This document shows, piece after piece, positions 26,107 to 43,396 of a stretch of 64,000 bases of DNA; within the stretch, counting starts at the first letter, position 1, and the number at the start of each line of letters is the position of its first letter. The DNA comes from Macrostomum lignano (Eukaryota). Where the stretch lies: contig NIVC01002341.1 in assembly GCA_002269645.1 (NCBI GenBank), forward strand, positions 118,156 to 182,155, written 5' to 3'. Below the pieces are notes generated by a model. That model was given only the letters and a program-made list of their open reading frames with translations, did not search any database and was not told the DNA's origin. The position numbers were made by a program, and so were the translations under genes.

Positions 26107-26259
26107 TTTAGTGTCTGTCTGTCTTATTGTCTGTCTTAGTGTCTGTCTTAGTGTCTGTCTTAGTGTCTGTCTGACTGTCTGTCTGTCTTAGTGTTTGTCT
26201 GTCTCTCTCTTTTAGTGTCTGTTTGTCTTATTGTCTGTCTGTCTGTCTGTCTGTCTGCC

Positions 26260-26292
<33 letters not shown>

Positions 26293-26374
26293 TAGTGTCT
26301 GTCTGTCTTAGTGTCTGTCTGTCTTATTGTCTGTCTGTCTGTCTGTCTGTCTGTCTTAGTGTCTGTCTGTCTTA

Positions 26375-26437
<63 letters not shown>

Positions 26438-26471
26438 TTCTGTCTGTCTGTCTTAGTGTCTGTCTGTCTTA

Positions 26472-26518
<47 letters not shown>

Positions 26519-27757
26519 TTCTGTCTGTCTGTCTTAGTGTCTGTCTGTCTCTCTTAGTGTCTCTGTCAGTCCTGATTTAATCTAACAAAATTATACATTA
26601 ATCATAATATTATGCGTGCTTTCAAACCTAAGCAAATAGTGGGCCTATTTGTGCATATAATTATACAATTAGAACAAAACACTTACTAATCAGTAGCTGA
26701 AATTTGAATAGGAAATTATAATTCTATTTCTGTTATGGTGCAGAAGTTCGACGTTAGTAATCAGCTATTATTAAATTCTGTTAGTAACTAACAAAATTAT
26801 GTGAACTGTGCAAAAGACACAAAAACTTATTAAAACATTTGATTCATTTCTATGATAATAAAATTTGCTAAATATTAAAGAAATTTGCAAGCTTTGGCTT
26901 TTTTATTTGTTTGTCATGTGCTAAAATTTTGTCATCTTTGTGTCACCCTTCATATCACTCTCCAGGCAACTATTTGTGTCATCTCCCAAATAGATGAATC
27001 TAGATATCTCAATATCACTCCCCATGCCACTCTTTATTCCATTCTCCATGTCATTTTCGATGTCACTCTGGATGTCACTCTTTATTCCATTCTCCATGTC
27101 ATTCTCGATGTCACTCTGGATGTCAATTTCTATGTCACTATTAATTTCACTCCATGTCACTTTCCATACCACTTTATATCACTCTACATGTCACTCTCCA
27201 TATCACTCTCCATTTCACTCTCCATATCACTCTCCATATCACTCTAGATTTCACTCTCCATATCACTCTCCATATCACTCTCCATGTCACTCTACATGTC
27301 ACTCTCTATGTCACTCTCCATGTCACTCTCCATGTCACTCTACATGTCACTCTCCATATCACTCTCCATTTCACTCTCCATATCACTCTCCATGTCACTC
27401 TACATGTCACTCTCTATGTCACTCTCCATGTCACTCTCCATATCACTCTCCATGTCACTCTCTATACCACTCTTCACGTCTCTCTCCCCATCACTTTTCT
27501 TGTCGCCTTTCATGCAATTCACCCTATCACTGTTCGAGTGACAAAAATCGTTTGCTTTTCCTTATCACTCCCTTATTAACAATTTTAAAGCACTAAAACT
27601 TCCAGATCCATTTGCTACTCAAGCGTCAGTCGCTTACCTTGTCAGGTTCAACCGGTACGCCAGCCCGGAGCAGCTCGCCAACCAGACCCACCTGGCCCTG
27701 ACCAGCCGCCATTCGTAGTCGATCCGCTCTGGACACATCGGAGACGCTTGTCGCCAT
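19801..27757 (-). CDS. ANKRD6: Ankyrin repeat domain-containing protein 6 (Diversin/Diego-like), 5 exons
   Basis: Model complement(join(19801..20141,21197..~21668,23053..24132,25068..25280,27638..27757)). The ankyrin series [10 protein letters not shown]..|[22 protein letters not shown]..|[61 protein letters not shown] follows ANKRD6 (HEASWHGFS, QNSHSQSTRVLL). A polyQ/low-complexity tail follows. The exon 4 acceptor is uncertain. Confidence 0.8.
20180..21180. repeat. Degenerate (ATCA)-rich repeat filling ANKRD6 intron 4
   Basis: Direct inspection. Confidence 0.88.
21741..22521. mobile_element. Foldback/MITE-like element with ~270-bp terminal inverted repeats and a ~230-bp unique core, in ANKRD6 intron 3
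   Basis: 21741-22011 is the diverged reverse complement of 22243-22521 (e.g. aattcaagaac..ttttattgcgcaccttctcaaaca vs tgtttgagaaggtgcgcaataaaaa..gttcttgaatt). No TSD found. Confidence 0.75.
22560..22935. repeat. 14-bp minisatellite (tgtctcaggtgtct)n
   Basis: Direct inspection. Confidence 0.88.
24143..25055. repeat. 35-bp minisatellite (gaatgaccggcattttaccctgttatgactgtgct)n occupying nearly all of ANKRD6 intron 2
   Basis: About 26 copies; the intron is 24133-25067. Confidence 0.95.
25972..26570. repeat. (TCTG)n microsatellite with cttagtgt interruptions
   Basis: Direct inspection. Confidence 0.93.
27000..27480. repeat. 12-bp (tcactctccatg)n degenerate repeat
   Basis: Direct inspection. Confidence 0.85.
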
Positions 27758-28036
27758 GGCAACTGGGTCACGTGACAATCAGTGCGTACAGCAAGCTGTT
27801 GTTGCTGTTTAGTTAATTAACATGACAGAAATGTTGGAAATGGCCTCAAATCGATTCATTATCTAAATCGATGAGGATTTTTTTTACACTTGTGCTGAGC
27901 CGAAGTTGAAGACAATTGTTTTGCTGAAAATATCAATAAGATAAATTATTTATTGTAAGTACACAGCAAAGTCGCAAAATATATTAATACTAATTGTCTT
28001 CCTTAAAGATTAGTGAAATAACTTGCGAACCTGAAA

Positions 28037-28495
<459 letters not shown>

Positions 28496-29134
28496 AAATA
28501 GGGAAAATAAAAGTGTGCCATAAGGAAAAGTCAAAACAACAGTAACGGGAGTATGAATGCAATAAGTTTGGTTTTACTTTGCACTGAAACGGATACATAT
28601 TATAAATGTTTAATTTTACTTGAAATCAAAAAAAATAATAACCGGGTACAGTAGTAGTACTGAAGTATTCCGGGTGAAATTTTAATAACAAGCATTTTTT
28701 CTACATTAAAACAAATTGTAATATTAACCTACGCATAATTATAACCTGGCTGCCAATGCAAGAGAATAGTTAGAGTAGTCGTAAAAATTTCTATGCAGAC
28801 AGGCAGAGGGATAGGCACTGGCCACCAGTGGCTAGCCGCTTTTTTATACATACGGACTGCTCTATCTAAACACAATGGGTGTAATAAGATAAAGAAAATG
28901 TGTGGAAAAAAGCTCCATATAGAATGTGCTTTTTGATAGTTAATAATATTTTTATAGACGTTTTGGCCCTACAATTAGGTACTGGTGATACACTGGTTAG
29001 GGTGAATAACAGACTAGCACTGTCTACAATACTAATGCATAGCTGCTGGAGTGTTTATATGTATCTTTTTTCTGAAACTAGAAAACCGATGGATATTTAT
29101 AGCATACAGTGCCAACTGCTTGCGTTCGATTGGT

Positions 29135-29795
29135 ATGTATGTAGGTAGGTATGTATGTAGGTAGGTATGTAGGTAGGTAGGTAGGTAACTAGGCAGGTAG
29201 GTAGGTAGGTATAGATAACTAGGCAGGTAGGTAGGTAGGTAGGTAACTAGGCAGGTAGGTAGGTAGGTAACTAGGCAGGTAGGTAGGTAGGTAACTAAGG
29301 TAGGTAGGTAGGTAGGTAGGTAGGTAGGTAACTAGGCAGGTAGGTAACTAGGCAGGTAGGTAAGTAGGTAGATAGGTAGATAGGTAAGTAGGTAGGTAGG
29401 TAGGTAGGTAGGTAGGTAGGTAGGTAGGTAGGTAGGTATAGTAGGTATACTAGGCAGGTAGGTAGGTAGGTAACTAGGCAGGCAGGTAGGTAACTAGGCA
29501 GGTAGGTAACTAGGCAGGTAGGTAAGTAGGTAAATAGGTAGATAGGTAGGTACGACTAGGCAGGTAGGTAAGTAGGTAGATAGGTAGATAGGTAGGTACG
29601 ACTATAGTAGGTAACTAGCTAGGTAGGTAGGTAGGTAGGCAAGTAGATAGATCGGTACGTAGGTAGATAGATGGTAGATAGATAAGGTAGTTAATGTTGT
29701 AGGTAGGTGGTAGGTAGGTAGGTAGGCAAGTAGATAGATCGGTACGTAGGTAGATAGATGGTAGATAGATAAGGTGGTTAAGGTTGTAGGTAGGT
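29135..29795. repeat. (TAGG)n degenerate microsatellite
   Basis: Direct inspection. Confidence 0.92.
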
Positions 29796-30244
29796 ATGTA
29801 AGAGCAGGGACACAAAAACAAGAGAAGGCCGGAAAGAGTGAGAAAAAGTTTTAGCCGCTAATCTCGCCAAATCTTTACTAAGGCTTAATATTCACACTGC
29901 CTGAAAATGTTGACATTTTAAAATGTAACGATGATAGCTTGCAGCACAAACAGGTAAACAAAGCAAAGCAGCCTACCAAAGTTAGGCTGCTATTGCAGTG
30001 AAAATGCAGCAATACTTAAAAATACAAATGACAACGGTATGGGGAAGAGGGCAGTTAACTTTTAACAGGCAACTAGCAAAATAAGCTACTCGTATTGAAA
30101 ATGATTGAACTTATTTGACTTTCTGTAAGTATATTTATTTATTCCAACTTGCTTGCCTTTAACTGATCACCTAATTGTATTATTTTCAAATTCTGACCCC
30201 GTGATCGTAAGCGTGTATGACTACTATTTACCAATGACTTAATG

Positions 30245-30530
30245 TAACCTACAGTTGTCACGTGACTTAATTTAACCTACAGTTGTCACGTGACCTAACT
30301 TAACCTACAGTTGTCACGTGACCTAACTTAACCTACAGTTGTCACGTGACCTAACTTAACCTACAGTTATCACGTGACCTAACTAAACCTACAGTTATCA
30401 CGTGACCTAACTTAACCTACAGTTATCGCGTGACCTAACTTAACCTACAGTTATCACTTGATCTAACTTAACCTACAGTTATCACTTGATCTAACTTAAC
30501 CTACAGTTATCACTTGATCTAATTTGACCT
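30245..30530. repeat. 28-bp minisatellite (aacctacagttgtcacgtgacctaactt)n carrying a palindromic E-box
   Basis: About 10 copies; GTCACGTGAC at 30257, 30285, 30313 and 30341, decaying in later copies. Confidence 0.9.
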
Positions 30531-30643
30531 CAAGCTAGCACAGTTGTAGCATAACATAATTTAATTAAACGCACCTCTCCTAGGACTCAATTCGACCTAA
30601 ATATTTCCAGTGACCTCAGTTGACCTCAGCAACCCTCAGTAAA

Positions 30644-34592
<3,949 letters not shown>

Positions 34593-37500
34593 TGTTTGCA
34601 CTTTTTAATTGATTGCAATTAGTGTTATCAAGTCTGAAAATTGAATTATTTAATTTATAATTTAAACTTATAGAATATTTAGGTTTAAAATTTAAGCAAA
34701 ACTTTTTTTGTCCTGTCTGATGTTAGCTTGGTAATAACAATAATTCATATAAAGCAACAGATGAATTATTTTGAAAATTATATAGTAGGTCCCAGAACCA
34801 GACTTATATGCTTGTACATTATAAAATAATTGTAGTAGTTTTTATTCTATACTTTGTAGAAAAAATAACATAATATAGTAAGATTTTGTTGAATTAATTC
34901 AATTTATCAAGTCTACACTTCTATTTGCATATTGAGTCATTATTCAATTTGTTGCAACTTAGGAATTTATGTTTATTTATAAATCTTAAGACTTGTATAG
35001 AAAAAAAATTTGGTACTTTTTATATAGCAACTTAAAAAGCATATTTGTTAATCTCAATGTGATATAAATTAGGTATTGAACTCTACTTATGAAATAAAAA
35101 TTGGAGTTAGAAAATCATACATAAACCTAGGAGATCACTAACAAGCCTAGGAAATGACAAATAAACCTAGAAGATTACTAATAAACTGAAGAGACCATTA
35201 ATAAACTTGAAGAAAGATCACTAATGAACTTGGAAGATCACTAATAAACCTAGGAAATCAATTATAAACATAGAAGACATCTGTTAATAAATATTTGATA
35301 TCTAATTTATTTCTTAACGTAGGCCTACATATTAAAAAAATAGAGAAACTTTATACTCATATCTTTGTTTTGTTATAAAAAGCAATAAAAAATATTATTA
35401 CAAGTATATAATTTTTGCTGATTGTTAGTTACTGTCATTAAATTATTAAACTAAGAAAAGATATATAATATATCTAATGAATTTATGAGTGGGCTTTGCC
35501 AACTTAGAATACATTGGCATAGTTTTTAGATATAAAAATTTAACAATATGGGGATATATTGGTATAACTATAATGGTGATGAATTGTTCATTGTTTGACT
35601 AAGGCCTATTAAGCAAAGATAGGCCTAATACCAAAAACCTATCTAATAGACTTTCAAGGGCACCAATAACTAATATTAATGTTAAAATTAATATACTAAC
35701 TAATGCTAAAATGGTGTTATTTATTAAAAATTATCAGTTCCTAGTCATTTTGTCATCTGCTATTTTACTATCTAGGATGTCTATTTTAGTTCCAGTTACT
35801 TTATTATTTTAATAAGCATATACTAACTAGTCTAAAAGGATAATGAAATGTCCAAATTTTTGGCTTAGTTTTATATACATTAATATATATATATTGGTAG
35901 TGAATCCCGTGAGCTATATACAAGGTGGGAAAAATTATAAAAATTATAAAAATATAAAAAGGTATCAACTTTAAAACTGAATAAAATAAAAACTATAAAC
36001 AGTATAAAGAAGCCACAATATAAACTAAAAAGTTGGTGAATGCTACTTTCTGGTAAGTGTCTAATTGTTTAAATTGTGCAAGTATAAAAAAGTTACACTT
36101 GGTTAAACTTAATACATTTTGTACTTAATTTATAAAATGAAGCCAAAAAACAGGAAAAATATATACTTCAGTTCTAGAAAATTGAAAATCATTGCAAAAT
36201 TAAAGGAATATAACACAAGGTAGTAAACACAATAGAATATAAACATATTTGACTACAAAAAACTGAAAAAAAATCACTTAAAGTGCACCAAGGTGCACAA
36301 AGGACCCTTGCCTTAAATAAAAAATGGTTCCTTAATGGAAGAAAATTTTTTCATATACCCCTATAAGAGGCCAGCAAAATTTTGTTTTTGAGCTTTTGTC
36401 TTTTGAAAAACCATTGATATAACTTTTGAATGATACTTTCTATTATACTAGTCACATAGTTTCCAATGTAGAAAACTGCTTGTTCATATGTATTCCCACA
36501 TTTACACAATATTAATGCAAAGTTGGAGCCAAAATACACATAAACTGTCATTTAAAATAGAAAATGACATGCAATTTTTACAAGTTTGCATCAATGGTGT
36601 TTTTTTCTTCTGTTTTATCATCTAAACTGGCATACAAACAAGATGAAACAATTATTTCATTGCCAGCTCTTCCTGCAACTCTAGTAATAGCACCAATGTT
36701 TTGGGTAAACGGCAGGAGTAACTATCAACACTGTTTTATAGGAAAGTGACTCGTCATCTTATTAGTCAAGTTGATTTAATTTTACTATCAAGTTTCATTG
36801 CATTGGACATTATATGTGCATATAAGCATGCATATACATAAATACACTGGTTGTAAACTTACTTTTTGATCAAAAAAGCAACTTAACTATAAAAGAAGCA
36901 TAGGCAAAGCTAATGTAATGTTTGGGTAAATGGCAAGAGTAACTAGCTGCATTATAAGGGCTAAATGCCTCGACAGCTAATTAGTACTACTTTTAAAATG
37001 TTTTGAATGTGCATTTTTGTAGCTTACCTTGGCTGGGCCCCTTGCTAACCAGCTGAATTGGCTTGGTATTACATTTGGATGATCTATATAAAGACAAAAG
37101 TGGCTTAATTATGGTGTAATGATTAAAATTCCATATATGGCATATTATTAGTTTGAGAATAAAAGAAAAACTATTAGTGGTATTTTGCAAAGCATTAATG
37201 CAAAATAATCTACAAGAAAAATGCTAAAAAATAACATATAAGGAATGAAAATCCATTGAATATTTCAAAAGTTATGTCATCTATAACTCAGAAAATCAGA
37301 CCTTTTGAGCAAAAATGATCACAGTGCCTTATAGGAAAATTGCATTACAGAAGTGTCAAAAAATGACACTAAAAGTGCTATAACTTTTTTATTACTTGAC
37401 AAAAATTCAAAAGTAAGGTGTCATTTTACTCATACAACAAATTTCTATTATATGGTATCAAAAAGGAGGACAAATTAAAAAAATCAAAATCTTACTGGAC

Positions 37501-39243
37501 TCCCTAATTTTATAGGCCTAGTATTTTTATATAGTTTAATATAGTTTTATGTCTTTTTTTGAAATTAGGTCTTAGGACTTCTTGTATATAACATTAATAA
37601 AAATTAACAATACAACTTTCAAAGGAATAATGTTCAATGTTGTTCTTGGCCTAGGCCTATCCGGGATAGCTCTGCAACTAAGAGCTAAGTAAGTAAGTGG
37701 CCTAGCCCTATGTCTTAAGGACATAATTCAAATTTCATAAGACTTTAATTTAATTTCTTCAATTTAAATGCATTCTATCATTATCAATAATAATAGCATT
37801 ATACTCATATTGTCATTATATTCTGACATGCTAAACAAATGGCGAAATGCCTATGCCACTGTATAAACTTTAAGTTTCTGTTTTAAAGGTGTATTATTAG
37901 GCTTCTCCTAGACCTAGCCTAGGCCTAGCATGTCTAGCAATAATGGAAATAGAATGAATGAAATCAATACCAATGAAAAATCTAACCAAGGACAAAGGAA
38001 GGTTCTATGCTTCTATTTTTTGTGCAAGTGCAATAGGTGTAGCCTGTAGGAATGAGCAGGCCCCTTAGTAGGCCTATAGTCTAGATAGGCCTAGCATCCT
38101 GATTTTGATAAAACACACCCTCAAATTAGACTAAGACCCTGAATGCGATTTTGCATCCTAGCGTCAGCGAAAAACACCCGGCTAGTTTTTTTAGGTTTTT
38201 TATGCAATAGGGCTGCTAATATAATAGGCCTACCATGTCGTTCCTAATCGCATCCTAGAAATTCTGAAATAGAACCTGGTACTAGGCTAATTCAGCAAAT
38301 CATAGCTGTTGTTCCTAGAGCGTAGTTTTATTAGATTAAACTTCAGAAAACCCCATTTTGCATTCATGTCCTGCTACTCATTAAGAGCTACTAATTCACA
38401 TATTGAGCAAGATCGCCAAATATTCAAAATTAAATGATCGGTAAGCCGTCTTGGGCTGAAGGGCTGGCTGAAGCAGCTGGCTTCTAAGAAAGGGCAAAAA
38501 TTTTTTTGAGGTTACGCTTACTATATAAAAACTATAACTAAAAATAGCAATTTTACTAAAATTCTAAAACTATATACACTATAAACAAATTAAAAATAAA
38601 AAAATAAAAAAGTACACTAATATTTTTTAGCACAAGCAGCAGAATAGAAACACTAGCTATCTTTAACTTGTAACATCTAACATGGCTTAAATGTGGGCAC
38701 TTTCTTTCTGCTGCCTTAAAATAGTATTACTTTACAAATGTAATTTCTAGCAGCCGCTTTCAACACCACCGATAACAATTTTTAAGGAATAAAACATAAC
38801 TGAACATCTGTATAAATTAATGCACACGTTTGACTGGCGGGGGTCCAAATACATGTACATATGTAACAATTCAACCTAGTACTTAGTAGTGTTGCATATG
38901 AAAAAAAAACGCCGATCAAATTTGCCACGTTTTTCAAATTAAATTTTTTGTTTCACATTCATTCATAACTATGAGTTTATAGACATTTTTTGAACTAAAA
39001 TCTTAATTAAATAAATTTATGCACCTGCATCCGTAAGGTATATACTGTATACGGTATAGTATATTGCAGTACTCGAATTATCAATACATACATGTTTGTA
39101 CATGTACGTATCATGCACTGTACGAAAATAGGAAATGACACATATTCAAAAAACAATAGCTCTGTAATCAAGTAGTAGCTAGTCTCGACAGTCATGCTAC
39201 ATGTATGTAAGTAGACTGGCTGCTGGCAGTGTTCGCAAAGTTC

Positions 39244-39837
39244 TCAGTCTCCCAGCACCAGAACCTCGTATGCCTTGCTCTTAAGCTCGGTTCCGCCGTA
39301 TGGAAAGTAGGCGCAGCGGTGGCTCTTGTGCACCTTGCCCACGCACACGAAGCCGTAGACCTTCATGGAGACTAAAGAAAAGCAGCAGTATTGAACACAA
39401 TAACTGTATCTGGCCTGTTGCAGTTCAAGGTGTTTGCTTAATTTGCTCAAAATAGCCAGTTTATTGTTATACCTCGCCACGAGCGATGTACAGCGGCTCG
39501 GCGTTCTTCTCTTGACCGGCCACCAGCGCCTTCTTCGGTACATCGCCGCCCTCCTCCTTCACCCACTTGAAGCCGCGCTGCCGTAGCAGCCGATGTCGGA
39601 GCGGACCAGCACCTCATACTCCGGGATGGAGTGCTCTGTACCCCAATTGGGCACGCTGGCAGCCGTGCAGCCCTGAGACAGCTGGCCCGGCACCCAGAGG
39701 CCGTCCAGCTTGGCTCTGACAACGTAGCAGCCCAGAGCAGCCTCGTCAGCATTTGGCGGGATGTGACCGTCTTTGGCATGCTGTCAGCTGACGCAGATCT
39801 CGATGCCCTTGTGTCCGGCATGCTTCACCTTGCTCAT
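39244..39837 (-). pseudogene. DM9-repeat (DUF3421) protein copy 1, disrupted
   Basis: 2-exon paralog of copy 4. It has TGA at codon 18 (39786-39784, TGG in the + strand copies) and a 2-bp insertion (aagccgcgctgcc vs aagccgctgcc at ~39575). Confidence 0.8.
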
Positions 39838-40224
39838 TGTGCGTTGCCTGAGTGTTTGCGGAATGATAATTGACTCTTGAGTGAGCTGTTGAAGTGTGAA
39901 AGCTTTCGGAGTGAACTGCTGCTGCTTAAATAGACAGGGCAGGCTCCCCTGACTGGCACGTCACGGTATTGGCTAAAAAGTGTGACAACGTGGCATTCAA
40001 AAGCATGACGTGCGACAACTTTTATTATGCAATTTATACAAATATTACATCCTTCATTAAGGTTCTTTTGTTGGAGATGCTGTGCTAGGAATAGCAGTCA
40101 TTTTTATTCAACAAAGAAATTTATTCTAGTCTTAGTCTTTAATTAAAATTCATTACTGGAGTTCCATCAGCAATTGCCTGAACCCTGAGATTATGGTTTC
40201 ACTGAGAATAGCATCTCTGACAAT

Positions 40225-40790
40225 CTCATCGCTGATTATTTCATCGTTGATAATCTCATCCCCGATAATCTTATCCCTGATGCTCTCATCCATGATAATC
40301 AGATGCCTGATAATCAGATCCCTGATAATCAGATCCCTGATAATCTCATCCCTGATAATCTGATCCCTGATAATCCCATCCCTGATAATCTCATTCCTGA
40401 TGATCTCCTTCCTGATAATCTGATCCCTGATAATCTGATTCCTGATAATCTGATCCCTGATAATCTGATCCCTGATAATCTGATCCCTGATAATCTCATC
40501 CCTGATAATCAGATCCCTGATAATCAGATCCCTGATGATCAGATCCCTGATGATCTCATCCCTGATAATCTGATCCCTGATAATCTGATCCCTGATAATC
40601 AGATCCCTGATAATCAGATCCCTGATAATCTGATCCCTGATGATCAGATCCCTGATAATCTGATCCCTGATAATCTGATCCCTGATAATCTGATCCCTGA
40701 TAATCTCATTCCTGATGATCTCATCCCTAACAATTTCATCCCTGGTAAACCCATTCCTAATAATTTCATTCCTGATAATCTCATTCTCAT
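40225..40790. repeat. 15-bp minisatellite (cctgataatctgatc)n between divergent DM9 copies 1 and 2
   Basis: Direct inspection. Confidence 0.92.
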
Positions 40791-41133
40791 CCCACACGCT
40801 GACCCCTTCTTCATGGCTAATAAAGCTTGCCAGTGGACAGAATTTCAGTGATGTTCAGTTTCAAACCAAACTCGGTCTAATTCTCATAAATCTCGTTATG
40901 GGCTGTGTCCAGATTGAATAATAAAGCGTCCATGATGAGAAGCTTTCTTGAATTTGAGTTTACGCATTTGTGAGAAAAAGTGCCTGGTTGCTCTAAATTC
41001 TAAAAGATATCTCACGCTGCGCTGCCATTATAGCAGCGTGCACGAGGTCCTGCAAGTAAATAAAACGCCGAAATGAATGTGATAACCGAAATGTAAAAAC
41101 GCAATTTAACGAATTGCACGTTGTCACACTTTT

Positions 41134-41186
41134 TAGCCAATAACCGTGACGTGCCAGTCAGGTGAGCTCTGCCCTGTCTATTTAAG
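41134..41186 (+). promoter_or_regulatory. Putative DM9 core promoter: CCAAT, TGACGT and TATTTAAG
   Basis: tagccaat 41134-41141, tgacgt 41147-41152 and tatttaag 41179-41186, ~90 nt before the ATG. Conserved in inverted form upstream of copies 1 and 3. Confidence 0.5.
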
Positions 41187-41273
41187 CAGCAGCAGTTCAC
41201 TCCGAAAGCTCACACACTTCAACAGCTCACTCAAGAGTCAATTATCATTCCGCAAACACTCAAGCAATGCACA

Positions 41274-41860
41274 ATGAGCAAGGTGAGCACGCCGGACACA
41301 AGGGCATCAAGATCTGCGTCAGCTGGCAGCATGCCAAAGACGGTGACATCCCGCCAAACGCTGTCGAGGCTGCTCCGGGCTGCTACGTTGTCAGAGCCAA
41401 GCTGGACGGCCTCTGGGTGCCGGGCCAGCTGTCTCAGGGCTGCACGGCTGCCAGCGTGCCCAATTGGGGTACAGAGCACTCCATCCCGGAGTACGAGGTG
41501 CTGGTCCGCTCCGACATCGGCTGCTACGGCAGCGGCTTCAAGTGGGTGAAGGAGGAGGGCGGCGACGTACCGAAGAAGGCGCTGGTGGCCGGTCGAGAGA
41601 AGAACGCCGAGCCGCTATACATTGCTCGTGGCGAGGTATAAAAATAAACTGGCTATTTTGAGCAAATTAAGCAAGCACCTTGAACTGCAACAGCCAGATA
41701 CAGTTATTGTGTTCAATACTGCTGCTTTTCTTTAATCTCCATGAAGGTCTACGGCTCCGTGTGCGTGGGAAAGGTGCACAAGAGCCACCGCTGCGCCTAC
41801 TTTCCATACGGGGGAACCGAGCTCAAGAGCAAGGCATACGAGGTTCTGTGCTGGGAGACT
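41274..41860 (+). pseudogene. DM9-repeat protein copy 2, frameshifted (or assembly indels)
   Basis: Exons 41274..41635 and 41747..~41860. There are 1-bp deletions near codon 5 (gtgagcac vs gtgaagcac) and near the end (ctgtgc vs ctggtgc), plus loss of the stop. The TATA-like TATTTAAG is intact at 41179. Confidence 0.75.
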
Positions 41861-42419
41861 GCTTTGCGAACACTGCCATGTCTGTCTATAGCGCAATGAC
41901 TGTCGAGACTGCTTGAGAATAAGAATGCATATTCATGCGTGTTTCTAACGTGTTCAAAAGTGGAGCATTACATGTATGTACCTGTGAAATAACATATTTT
42001 ATCACTACTTTTGTTAACCACCAATGACACATACTGTTGCTGATATAAACGAAAATATTTTATTGTATTTTTGACTGTCACCATTTTTGAATCGATTAGT
42101 TATAGATTAACAATAAAATGAACTGTAGAGCCAGGTGTTTACCTTGTTTGAGTAGACTTGTGAATTATCGTTAATAGAGGTTCAATGGTTACTTGATCAA
42201 TTTACTCATAAAACTTACTTGGCTACTGTCAGTAGCTGCTATGGGTATTTATTGTTATTTTGTAATTTAGTATAATTTTGTTCGAAATTTCTGGATCAAA
42301 TAAATGTTGAATATCAAATCAACCATTGGTAAATTATTTAGGCATGTATTTTTAATCTTCAAGCTAAGTTAATAAATGATTTTATTGATTTTCTTTACCA
42401 TGTAAAAAATGCTAGGCTG

Positions 42420-43000
42420 AAATGGGTGCCTGTGGCGCTGAAATGAGTGCTTGCGGCGCTAAAATGAGTGCCTACCGCGCTAAAATAAGTGCCTGCGGAG
42501 CTAAAATGAGTGCCTGCCGCACTAAAATGAGTGCCTGCGGCGCTAAAATGAGTGCCTGCGGCGCTAAAATGAATGCCTGCCGCGCTAAAATGAGTGCCTG
42601 CGGCGCCAAAATGAGTGACTGCAGCGCTAAAATGAGTGCCTACCGCGCTAAAATGAGTGCCTGCGGCGCTAAAATGAGTGCCTGCGGCGCCAAAATGAGT
42701 GCCTGCGGCGCCAAAATGAGTGCCTGCGGTGCTAAAATGAGTGCCTGCGGCGCTATAATGAGTGCCTGCGGCGCTAAAATGAGTGCCTGCGGCGCTAAAA
42801 TGAGTGCCTGTGGCGCTGAAATGAGTGCCTGCGGAGCTAAAATAAGTGCCTGTGGCGCTGAAATGAGTGCCTGCGGAGCTAAAATGAGTGCCTGCGGCGC
42901 TAATGAAGCGCTGACAACACCCATTCTAAAAATTATATACAAGTACATGTATAATTTTTGGCTTTGTCCCCTCACCATAAAATCCTTGGCAATGCCCCTG
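42420..43000. mobile_element. Truncated copy of the hAT-like MITE (21-bp array plus right TIR tggcaatgcccctg)
   Basis: Same gctaaaatgagtgcctgcggc array and similar 3' segment (ctttgtcccc..ccataaaatcc.tggc..gcccctg) as 2024-2525; left TIR not found. Confidence 0.65.
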
Positions 43001-43124
43001 TGTACAATAATACAACCAGTGAACGCCAGTGAATTATACTGTTCCCCACGCGGGATGCCAATTGCGTAACTATTGTACTTGCAGTTGGCTCACTAGATCA
43101 GGGTGGATAATTTTTAATTTCCAC

Positions 43125-43396
43125 CAGTGTGATATTTAATTACACCTGCCCTAATGGCCAGATGTGCAACCGACAGCTCTGCCGCAGCTATTGCGCGGCG
43201 CATCTGAAGGCTGCGTACGGCTGTTCAGTCCAAGGACTGGGGGGTCGCCACACACCCTCAGTTACCCCAGCTAATGCTGGCACCCATTTTACAGCTGGGT
43301 GAACTGAAGCAAAGCAGAGTTACGTGTAAGTGTCTTGCTCAAGGACACAATTTATTCCAAGTGGGATCGAGAATCGAACTCCCGACCTTTCGACCC
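43125..43396 (-). mobile_element. CORE-type (MIR-like) tRNA-derived SINE, 5'-truncated by the duplication junction
   Basis: The minus strand shows a B-box gagttcgattc, CORE-like tgtgtccttgagcaagacactta and ctgtaaaatggg. Confidence 0.65.

Larger units (their letters stand above)
37483..43396 (+). repeat. Segmental tandem duplication, unit A (~5.9 kb)
   Basis: Begins atcaaaatcttactggactcccta and ends ..tttcgaccc; the same start restarts at 43397. Confidence 0.9.

Noticed and set aside
34620-37480. AT-rich region upstream of LEO1
   Set aside because: Only short ORFs and weak local repeats; nothing supportable.
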